IMG/VR virus record: IMGVR_UViG_3300025646_008465 | Span: 1-64,000 of that record | Reading direction: 5' to 3' (one strand) | From: a virus | DNA length: 64,000 nt | Shown: positions 18,631 through 25,970 of the stretch, piece by piece | Layout: each line of letters starts with the position of its first letter | How positions within the stretch are numbered: position 1 is the stretch's first letter | Program-made: the position numbers and the translations under genes | Notes under the pieces: model-generated | The model's input: only the letters and a program-made list of their open reading frames with translations | Database searches by the model: none | Told to the model about the DNA's origin: nothing

Positions 18631-18650
18631 GCGCTCCTTTTTTCTCTATT
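18610..18650. terminator. Intrinsic terminator between convergent genes
   Basis: AGGAGCGC-cgttaa-GCGCTCCT followed by a T run; outer aatagaga/tctctatt arms extend the stem. Confidence 0.75.
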
Positions 18651-18665
18651 GACAGGGCAGGGGAT

Positions 18666-19229
18666 TTAAAATGGATTTCCCATTAATGTTTTAGTATGTT
18701 TTTCTCCACCAATATAACGTGAGTAAGTTCCATCGCCATTCATCTCGATAGCTTTACCTTTCATTACTTTTTCAATAGTTTCTTTATCTGTAACTACAGG
18801 CACACCTTTTGCTATTAAAATATCTTTTAACTTACCTGATACTTCAACATAATGTCCTGGTTCTTTAAGCATGATTGCTGTAATATTGATAGCAGCGGAT
18901 TTAGCAGGTGAGGAACCATCATGACCCATAGCAACTGCTTTACTCCCACCTCCACGATTTTTATCTACTTTAACAGCATCAAAATCATCGTCATCATCTA
19001 AATCAATAACAGTATAAGTAGCATCTCCTTCAGCACCTACAACATCATCTGGGGATTTATAGTTAGGGTGACCACCTAAAGGAGCATAGGCATTGTTAAT
19101 GAGATTGAAAATCTCCTCAGCAAATTCATCTTGTTCCTCAGGAGTAAGATCAAACCATACATTTTTTTCAAATCCAGTTTCCTTAAGGAGAGGATTATTT
19201 TTTAAATATGCTCTGTAATCGAATGACAT
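18666..19229 (-). CDS. Hypothetical protein, probably an internal head protein
   Basis: Likely start at 19229 (MSFDYRAYLKNNPLLKE); its N-terminal motif resembles that of the upstream gene. Confidence 0.6.
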   Translation of the reverse strand: MSFDYRAYLKNNPLLKETGFEKNVWFDLTPEEQDEFAEEIFNLINNAYAPLGGHPNYKSPDDVVGAEGDATYTVIDLDDDDDFDAVKVDKNRGGGSKAVAMGHDGSSPAKSAAINITAIMLKEPGHYVEVSGKLKDILIAKGVPVVTDKETIEKVMKGKAIEMNGDGTYSRYIGGEKHTKTLMGNPF

Positions 19230-19231
19230 AA

Positions 19232-19714
19232 TTAATCGGGATTTGACCAACCTTTATAAAAATCGGCTTCTCTTTTAGATTCGTCTTTTAAACCTTGTTG
19301 CATGTAGTTAACTATCATTTTAACCGTAGCTAAATTAATAGGTCTTTTCTTTAAACTCATATCAATGTTACTTCTTCCTACTACACCAACATTATAATTC
19401 GGTTCAACTCCAAATAATTGAGCAATAGGTTCAATAGATCTACGATACCCACCAGCACTACTGAATAGGTATTTACCATCTTCAACAGCAATTGAAAATC
19501 CTTGAGCACTTCTACTATTATAGAAACGATCACCTGGTTTACTATCTGGGTATACTCTTAATCTTATTTGATCACCATAGTTGTTAGGATCAGGTTCTAC
19601 CATTACTCCTAAAACATCTATTAGTTTTTGAGCTTCTACTTCTGCCTCTGTTGGATCAACAGCTTCATGAAGTTTACCTTCAGCTAAATATTTTTTTAAA
19701 TCAAAATTGCTCAT
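19232..19714 (-). CDS. Hypothetical protein, probably an internal head protein
   Basis: N-terminus MSNFDLKKYLAEGKLHE; ATATTTAT motif at 19732-19739. Confidence 0.6.
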   Translation of the reverse strand: MSNFDLKKYLAEGKLHEAVDPTEAEVEAQKLIDVLGVMVEPDPNNYGDQIRLRVYPDSKPGDRFYNSRSAQGFSIAVEDGKYLFSSAGGYRRSIEPIAQLFGVEPNYNVGVVGRSNIDMSLKKRPINLATVKMIVNYMQQGLKDESKREADFYKGWSNPD

Positions 19715-20199
19715 TACGCTATATATTTGTTATAAATATGCTCAAAATCAATAAGAGGTATCCTATGTCCCATTCCTTCGATTTCCTCAATATCACAATA
19801 AAATAAGGCATCATCAAGAATTTCTTTAGTAATTAAAGGATTAATAACATCATCTTCAAGACCTAAAATAACAACTGGTTGGAAATTAAAATTAGGTTCT
19901 CTAGCTTCTAATCTATCCAATTTAGGTTCTATTGAACGTGAGTGAATAGCAGGGTTAAAAGCAACAACTGGGATATTGAAATAATTACCTAAAAGCAAAG
20001 CGGCATGACCACCCATACTAGAACCAATAATAACATCAGGTTTAAATGCTTGAACCATCTTCATCAAATGTTTTTCAACATTAATATCTCGATAATCCAT
20101 AGCAGGAGCAAAACAATCAGATACCTCGTGGAGGAAATCTACTTTACTGCTAGTATTAGAACTTTCTAAACCGTGTAAATATAAAACTCTTTTTCTCAT
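19714..20199 (-). CDS. YqiA-like alpha/beta hydrolase (esterase)
   Basis: LYLHGLES, nucleophile elbow GSSMGG, FNPA, DDVI and GH. Confidence 0.88.
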   Translation of the reverse strand: MRKRVLYLHGLESSNTSSKVDFLHEVSDCFAPAMDYRDINVEKHLMKMVQAFKPDVIIGSSMGGHAALLLGNYFNIPVVAFNPAIHSRSIEPKLDRLEAREPNFNFQPVVILGLEDDVINPLITKEILDDALFYCDIEEIEGMGHRIPLIDFEHIYNKYIA

Positions 20200-20215
20200 A
20201 ACTCTTATTGCGGGG

Positions 20216-20247
20216 TAAATATACGAAGGGGATCTAGCATAGCCAAA
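20216..20247 (-). promoter_or_regulatory. Bacteroidota-type promoter overlapping an AGGGGAT/ATCCCCT inverted repeat
   Basis: TTTG-N20-TATATTTA on the minus strand. Confidence 0.6.
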
Positions 20248-20274
20248 TCCCCTCGCAAATTTCTTTAAGAAAGA

Positions 20275-20541
20275 TTACTGTTGTACTCCCTCTAAGAATA
20301 CTAAACCACCAGCAGCTTGAATAGCAGCTTTACCAGCAGCAAAATCAGCTTGTTCAGCTTGTAATACTAAACCCATTACTTCAACACAATGTGTTTCATC
20401 TTCAGCTCCAAAAAAAGCAACACCAAAGTCACTATCTTCAGGAAAAGCAATAATGTATTTAGAGTCTACTACAGCTACTGATCCTTCAGTTTCAGGGGCT
20501 ACTACAGAAATAGCTCCATTTTCTTTAATTACGTGTACCAT
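20275..20541 (-). CDS. Small acidic hypothetical protein
   Basis: 88 aa ORF starting just after the preceding stop. Confidence 0.6.
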   Translation of the reverse strand: MVHVIKENGAISVVAPETEGSVAVVDSKYIIAFPEDSDFGVAFFGAEDETHCVEVMGLVLQAEQADFAAGKAAIQAAGGLVFLEGVQQ

Positions 20542-20542
20542 G

Positions 20543-21757
20543 TTAATAAGTTATTTGTTTATCGTTATTGTCTTTATTTTTTTTATCTTGTAACATTTTC
20601 CAGTAATTAAATCTAGCCATTTCTTCTTGATCTAATACACCGTTATTATTTGTATCAAATTGTTTCTTATAAATATCAAAAGGATCTTGTTCTTCTAATT
20701 CTTTTATTTGTTTTCGTTTTCTCCAACCTGAAATTGATGCTTCTTTGGTTTCTTGGATTTTTTCTTGTTTAAATTGATTTTCAATATCTGTTAAATCTTC
20801 ATCTTCTAATTCTTCATCATCCCATTCTTCATCTTCTAAACCATCCATTAAAGTTGAATCCCACTCTTTTAACTCATCTTCGGTGTAGATATCAGAACCC
20901 TCATTGTCAGATATAATTACCTTTTCACCATAGATATTTTCTTTGGTTTTAGAACGTAATTGTGCAAAAGCAAAGTTAGCAGCAATTACTAAAGCAATAG
21001 CTAAAGGATCAAATACAAAAATAATAATTAAAAGAAGTACATTGATAATTTTATCCATAGACACCCCAGTTAATCCTGAAAGGTATTTAAGTGGGCCTAA
21101 TTCTCCTGCTAAATTATTACCTGTTTTAATTTCTACAATTTCGGATTCGTAATCAAATAATTGAGTATTTAATTCATCTACTTTGCCATTCAATTCAGTT
21201 TGGCGAACAATAGCTTGATCTAATTGTTTTTCAAGTGCTTTACGGGTTGCAGAAGAAGTTGATTGAATTAATTGACCTTGTGCGTTTGTGTACGATATAA
21301 CGTTGTTAGATAAACCTTTTCTTAAATCAGCAATGGCTTTATCGGTATTTTCTTTTTCAACGTTATAAACGCTTAACTGTTTTTGGACATTATCTCTTTT
21401 AGTTTCAACTAATGCTACTTGAGCATCAATTGTTCCTGCTTTATTGGCTGTTTCTTGATAAGCAGCAGATAAAAAGCCATAAATACCCATTGAGGTAATT
21501 AAAATTAATACACCACAAGCAATTGTGAGGTATATTTTTAATACTTTAGGTAAGGTTTTACGATATTGGTATAACAAAGAAGCAATTACTAATTTAGCTA
21601 CTTCTAATGAAGAAGCCATTATAATAACTGCAAAGGCAGCACCCGCAAAGAGTTTGCTAAGACCACTAACTGAATAGAAAGCAGCCGAAGCACTTACTGA
21701 CAGAGCGGAGAGTGCTATTAAAAACGGAAATATTCTTTCTTGTATTTTCTTTAACAT
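20543..21757 (-). CDS. Membrane protein with a long coiled coil
   Basis: Likely start at 21757 (MLKKIQERIF). Three N-terminal TM segments, a coiled coil of about 120 aa, a further TM (IIIFVFDPLAIALV) and an acidic tail. Confidence 0.75.
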   Translation of the reverse strand: MLKKIQERIFPFLIALSALSVSASAAFYSVSGLSKLFAGAAFAVIIMASSLEVAKLVIASLLYQYRKTLPKVLKIYLTIACGVLILITSMGIYGFLSAAYQETANKAGTIDAQVALVETKRDNVQKQLSVYNVEKENTDKAIADLRKGLSNNVISYTNAQGQLIQSTSSATRKALEKQLDQAIVRQTELNGKVDELNTQLFDYESEIVEIKTGNNLAGELGPLKYLSGLTGVSMDKIINVLLLIIIFVFDPLAIALVIAANFAFAQLRSKTKENIYGEKVIISDNEGSDIYTEDELKEWDSTLMDGLEDEEWDDEELEDEDLTDIENQFKQEKIQETKEASISGWRKRKQIKELEEQDPFDIYKKQFDTNNNGVLDQEEMARFNYWKMLQDKKNKDNNDKQITY

Positions 21758-21758
21758 T

Positions 21759-22355
21759 TTACTTATCTTTTTCAGTGGCATATTTAACACCCATAATAGT
21801 ACCTATAATACTAAAAGAGTTAGTTAAAAGTATACCAAATAAATTTGACCAAGTGGATTCCAATATAGGATTTTCTTTTCCGGCAACCAAGGTAAAGGCA
21901 AAAAGAAGTGTAGTAATTAAACCTACTCCTAAAATTACCCATAAAGCTACTGTAACTATTTTACCGATAAGTTCAAATTGAGTTTTCTTTTGCATTAACT
22001 CTAAATCCTCTAATGCTTTGCCCATTCCTTTTTCTGCTTCTGCTCGTAACTTTTCAGCTTCCCAAGTAGCATTTTTTGCTTCTTCTAAAGCAGATTGAAG
22101 CTCTCCCATTAAAGTATCATTTTCTTCTTGTTTAGCAACTAATTCTTTATTTTGTTGTTGAACTTGTTTAGTGACGTCTAATCGTTTTCTGCGAATAGAG
22201 ATATCTTTTTCTTTACATAATTGAAGGTAGTCCTCAAACTCTTTATCACCTTTAGGGGCTTTAAGAAGTTTAAGGAAATTACCTTCTACATAGATTTTTT
22301 TAGTTTTAGCAACCTCTAGTAGAACATTCCTAGTATGTTCTGTTACTTCAATCAT
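21759..22355 (-). CDS. Coiled-coil protein with two C-terminal TM helices
   Basis: Q/E/K-rich coiled coil followed by two hydrophobic helices ending IIGTIMGVKY. The start overlaps the receiver stop. Confidence 0.75.
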   Translation of the reverse strand: MIEVTEHTRNVLLEVAKTKKIYVEGNFLKLLKAPKGDKEFEDYLQLCKEKDISIRRKRLDVTKQVQQQNKELVAKQEENDTLMGELQSALEEAKNATWEAEKLRAEAEKGMGKALEDLELMQKKTQFELIGKIVTVALWVILGVGLITTLLFAFTLVAGKENPILESTWSNLFGILLTNSFSIIGTIMGVKYATEKDK

Positions 22356-22792
22356 TATCTATAAATTTTAAATGAAGCTGTTTTTGCTTTATAAGCATTA
22401 TAGTCTTCCATAAACTCCATTAAACGAGGTTCAATATCATCAGACTTTATAATCCAAAACTGTGCTCCTACAGCTTTAGCTTTATTAATTTCTTCTTCAT
22501 CCTCTGAAGAGGAAATGATTCCAATTACTACCCCGTCTCCATATTCGTAATTGATTTTTCTAATCATTTCGATACCGTCCATAGAAGAACCTATAATATT
22601 TAAATCTACAAACACACATTCAGGACGTTCGTGGTTTGGATCATCAGGGAACCATTCTTTAAATTTAGCATCAGCTTCATCAGAGCTATCTAAAGCTTCA
22701 ATAGATAAAGCCATATCCAGAATTGAACATGCATCTTCAAATACTAGATGAAATAAATTTTCATCGTCTATTAACATTAATGTGTTAATCAT
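22355..22792 (-). CDS. Single-domain response regulator (receiver only)
   Basis: LIDDE acidic pocket, phospho-acceptor Asp in FVDLN, MDG.E, ISSS and conserved Lys in IIKS. Confidence 0.92.
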   Translation of the reverse strand: MINTLMLIDDENLFHLVFEDACSILDMALSIEALDSSDEADAKFKEWFPDDPNHERPECVFVDLNIIGSSMDGIEMIRKINYEYGDGVVIGIISSSEDEEEINKAKAVGAQFWIIKSDDIEPRLMEFMEDYNAYKAKTASFKIYR

Positions 22793-24075
22793 TAGTTTAA
22801 TTTAATTTTTATTTTAGTACCTTCTTTAACTCTTCCTATAACTATTTCAAAGCCATGTTCCTTAAGAATTTCAATACAGATATTAAGTCCTAATCCTGTA
22901 CCTTGTTCTTTTTGGCCTTCTTTTCTTGCATAAGGTTTAGAAAACTCCCAAAATTCTTTTGGAGTTAATCCACGTCCGTTGTCTTGTATACATATAAAAT
23001 CTCCTTCAGAATATATTTTAACCCATTTAGTAGGAGCATCATTGTATTTAAGACCATTACGTATTAAATTATCAATAGCTGTACAAAATAGTGCTTCATT
23101 TACCTGTAAATCTTTAGATAAATTCTTATCTAAAATAACTTGGTTTTTATAAGCTGTAAGGCGTAAATAATCCTCAAGAATGTTTTTTATATTACACTTA
23201 GTTACAGACATTTGAGCATTATTTTTTACTAAATTAGTAAATTCATAAACTCCAGAATATACTTTTTGGGTATGACTTAATCCATCCTCTATTAATTGTA
23301 GTGGAGATTGGATTCTTAATTCATTAATTTGTTCCTCTGTTAATCTTCTTTTTAACGATTTAATACCTCTAGGAATATAAGTATTAATCCCAGAATGCAT
23401 ATCATGTCTAATGATTTTAGCTGCGTGTTCTAAGTAAATACTTTTTTGTTTAACTTCTTCTTCAGCTTTATGTTGTGTTGTAACATCAACAGCTATTTTA
23501 AGTACTTTATGATATTCTCCTTTATCATTTTGTAAAGGAGTATACGTACCAAATAACCATACTGAGTGTCCATTTTTACCTATACGTTCAAATTCCCCAG
23601 AAACAAATTCTCCTTTACGTAATTTTTCCCAGAAAATTTTATATTCTTTACTTGATTTAAAATCAGCAGTACATAAATTAGAATGTTTGCCATTTAGTAT
23701 TTCATTTTCTGAGTATCCTACTACATTAAGAAAATTTTGATTAGCTGATAATATAGTACCATCTATTCCTAGAGTTACTATTAAATTAGAGTTATTAATT
23801 GCTTTTAGTTGGGTATCAATTTTAGCCTCTTTAATTTTAGTTTTATTGAAAAACTCTCTAACTACTACAAAGAAAGGAGGCATAAATGATATAACAGATA
23901 GCCACTCAAAATAATGTGTAAATGTAGAATGATGAATGTACCTAAATACTACTAGTGTTTTAAATACAAAAAACACTAGCATAATTAAAGTTGCTACAAG
24001 TAGACAGATTCTACTTCTTATAGATATACCTTCTAAAGCTGACATTTCTTGAGACCAAGTTTTTCGAAGACCCAT
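22792..24075 (-). CDS. Membrane PAS-domain sensor histidine kinase
   Basis: Two TM helices; PAS/PAC domain (AN.NFL..GYS..E..GKH...W..L..G....GEFERI.K.G..VW....YTP...KIA.DVT); H-box IRHDM; N-box NLIRNGLKY; G1 DNGRG; G2 GTGLGL. The start may be at 24045. Confidence 0.93.
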   Translation of the reverse strand: MGLRKTWSQEMSALEGISIRSRICLLVATLIMLVFFVFKTLVVFRYIHHSTFTHYFEWLSVISFMPPFFVVVREFFNKTKIKEAKIDTQLKAINNSNLIVTLGIDGTILSANQNFLNVVGYSENEILNGKHSNLCTADFKSSKEYKIFWEKLRKGEFVSGEFERIGKNGHSVWLFGTYTPLQNDKGEYHKVLKIAVDVTTQHKAEEEVKQKSIYLEHAAKIIRHDMHSGINTYIPRGIKSLKRRLTEEQINELRIQSPLQLIEDGLSHTQKVYSGVYEFTNLVKNNAQMSVTKCNIKNILEDYLRLTAYKNQVILDKNLSKDLQVNEALFCTAIDNLIRNGLKYNDAPTKWVKIYSEGDFICIQDNGRGLTPKEFWEFSKPYARKEGQKEQGTGLGLNICIEILKEHGFEIVIGRVKEGTKIKIKLN

Positions 24076-24221
24076 TTAGAGGGACAAAACTTGGTCCAAA
24101 CACCAACATTAAGCATAACAATTACAAATAATATAACCCACCAATTTTGGAAAAGTGCCCCAGCAAATAATACTAAAGACATTAAAAGATAAACCGCTCT
24201 AATAGAAGTCCAATTTTTCAT
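24033..24221 (-). CDS. DUF2892/YgaP-like two-TM micro-protein
   Basis: 62 aa with R...L, two TM helices and a FCP...F.KLG motif; overlaps the kinase start. Confidence 0.7.
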   Translation of the reverse strand: MKNWTSIRAVYLLMSLVLFAGALFQNWWVILFVIVMLNVGVWTKFCPSKWVFEKLGLKKCQL

Positions 24222-24223
24222 AA

Positions 24224-24337
24224 TTAATTCATTGAAATAGTTTGTATAAAAGCAACTTTAAGACGAATCCAAACTCTATTCCAAAATGGAAGTGCTTTAA
24301 ATTCATCAGTATTAAAAATATCTTCTAATTCTTTCAT
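24224..24337 (-). CDS. Micro-protein (37 aa)
   Basis: The ATG overlaps the endolysin TAA: MKELEDIFNTDEFKALPFWNRVWIRLKVAFIQTISMN. It fills the gap almost exactly. Confidence 0.6.
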   Translation of the reverse strand: MKELEDIFNTDEFKALPFWNRVWIRLKVAFIQTISMN

Positions 24338-25257
24338 TATAAACTTGTTAACATATCCATCAATTCTTGTTGAGGGAACATATCAACTTTATCTTTACGA
24401 GTATTAGTATGAGTCCACAAACCTTTTACTTTTCCGTAATATGCATTTTCATTAAATTCAAAAGCATCAGCACCTTTTTCTTTAATTAAAGCAGGTAAAC
24501 CAGCTCTTACATCAATACCATCTCTTTCAGCAATCCAAAGAATCCAATCTTTTAATACTTCAATCTGTTTATCAGAATAACGATGCCATAATGAATGACC
24601 TCTGAATGGTTTAGCTAGTTTAACTATTTCAGAATCAGCTACTTTAGCACCAGCATAAGTTTTACCATCTACAACATACCCAAAATTACATACTTCAATT
24701 CCTACTGAATTTTTATGCATTGTTTGGGATCCGTTTTTGCCTAAATGATATCCCCAATTTCCTTCTGGGAATGCTTGTACTAAAACACCATCATATTGGT
24801 TATCATCTCCTTTACATGAAGGGCCACCTAATACAAATTCAGTTGCAATTTTACCAATTTTATCAGCATCCCATGCTTTAATTGTATTGAATGGATTATG
24901 CCAACCTGCTGTGTGGTGTAAAAATAACCATTCTGCTTTAATAGGACCTGCTAAATACTCATCAGTAGGCATAAAATATTCAATTACTTCTAAACCATTT
25001 TTAGTAACATACTTATTTTTAGTATAAACCCCTGATTTTTTAGCTTCAGTAATTATTCGGGATACATCGGTGTCTAATAAACCCATTTTTGATAATGTGC
25101 TAGGGCCTACGATACCATCAGCAGTTAATCCGTGAGCTGCTTGCCATTTTTTAACAGCAGCTTCAGTGCCGGGGCCGAAATCACCATCTGCTTTTACTCC
25201 AATTACTTCTTGGATATCTTTTACTAATTCTCCTTTAGAGCCAATTTTAATCAACAT
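24337..25257 (-). CDS. Endolysin: peptidoglycan-binding domain plus Amidase_2 N-acetylmuramoyl-L-alanine amidase
   Basis: DGDFGPGTEAAVKKWQAAHGLTADGIVGP (PG_binding_1); zinc amidase motifs LHHTAG, SVGIE and H...RKDK.D. Likely start at 25257. Confidence 0.92.
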   Translation of the reverse strand: MLIKIGSKGELVKDIQEVIGVKADGDFGPGTEAAVKKWQAAHGLTADGIVGPSTLSKMGLLDTDVSRIITEAKKSGVYTKNKYVTKNGLEVIEYFMPTDEYLAGPIKAEWLFLHHTAGWHNPFNTIKAWDADKIGKIATEFVLGGPSCKGDDNQYDGVLVQAFPEGNWGYHLGKNGSQTMHKNSVGIEVCNFGYVVDGKTYAGAKVADSEIVKLAKPFRGHSLWHRYSDKQIEVLKDWILWIAERDGIDVRAGLPALIKEKGADAFEFNENAYYGKVKGLWTHTNTRKDKVDMFPQQELMDMLTSL

Positions 25258-25471
25258 TTTCTTCTTTTTTAGATTTGGGAACAAATTTTTCAACAACAGT
25301 ACCAAATACAGTTGCTATTGTTAAATATTCTACTGCTGCTACTGCTTCTTCTTTATGTACTTCACTACAAGTAAATAAAAATACTACTAGTGAAAGAAAG
25401 CCAATGGTACCAAGCACACGTTTGTGCGAGGTACCTTCGTTATTGGCAAACATATTTTTAAAAAAATTCAT
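25247..25471 (-). CDS. Small holin-like membrane protein
   Basis: S.KRV motif, two TM segments and a charged C-terminus; directly upstream of the endolysin. Confidence 0.6.
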   Translation of the reverse strand: MNFFKNMFANNEGTSHKRVLGTIGFLSLVVFLFTCSEVHKEEAVAAVEYLTIATVFGTVVEKFVPKSKKEENVD

Positions 25472-25474
25472 GGT

Positions 25475-25636
25475 TTATTTTTTAATTAAAACAGACCACA
25501 AACCACCTACTAAAGTGATTAAAGCACCACTTAATTCAACAAAAGTGCTTTCATCTACTAAACCTTTGGCCACTAAAATACCACCTAAAAAGGTTAACGA
25601 GTGACGCAATACACCTAATACTTGTTCTTTATTCAT
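25475..25636 (-). CDS. Putative holin (53 aa, 2 TM)
   Basis: Translated by hand as MNKEQVLGVLRHSLTFLGGILVAKGLVDESTFVELSGALITLVGGLWSVLIKK. ATATTTAT motif at 25661-25668. Confidence 0.7.
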   Translation of the reverse strand: MNKEQVLGVLRHSLTFLGGILVAKGLVDESTFVELSGALITLVGGLWSVLIKK

Positions 25637-25669
25637 AATGTAAAAATTTAAATTGTGATTATAAATATT

Positions 25670-25693
25670 AAAAAAGGGCGCACATGCGCCCTT
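25670..25693 (-). terminator. Intrinsic terminator
   Basis: AAGGGCGCA-TG-TGCGCCCTT followed by a U run on the minus strand. Confidence 0.75.
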
Positions 25694-25726
25694 CTTAATC
25701 TAAAATGGAAATTTTGTATAAATTAT

Positions 25727-25936
25727 TTATTTTAATAAACCTTTTACCCAAGATTTTACAATATCCCAGTTACGAGTTGCAAATACACCAAACGCAAATC
25801 CAGCGTAAACTTTGTAACCAAAGGCCCATAAAAATAAACCTGCGATGAGGCCTAATACGCCTTCAATTCCATTTGCTACAATCCAATTTTTTACAATAGT
25901 AAAAATAGATTTGATAAAATTTAATACACTTTTCAT
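25727..25936 (-). CDS. Small membrane protein
   Basis: 69 aa, amphipathic and hydrophobic; ATATTTAT motif at 25961-25968. Confidence 0.65.
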   Translation of the reverse strand: MKSVLNFIKSIFTIVKNWIVANGIEGVLGLIAGLFLWAFGYKVYAGFAFGVFATRNWDIVKSWVKGLLK

Positions 25937-25970
25937 AATAATTTAGTTTTGTTGTACGTTATAAATATTA

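Noticed and set aside
21759-24221. Two-component genes as host contamination or a chimeric join
   Set aside because: They are on the same strand, similarly AT-rich and linked by overlaps to phage genes on both sides; no integrase or junction is visible.
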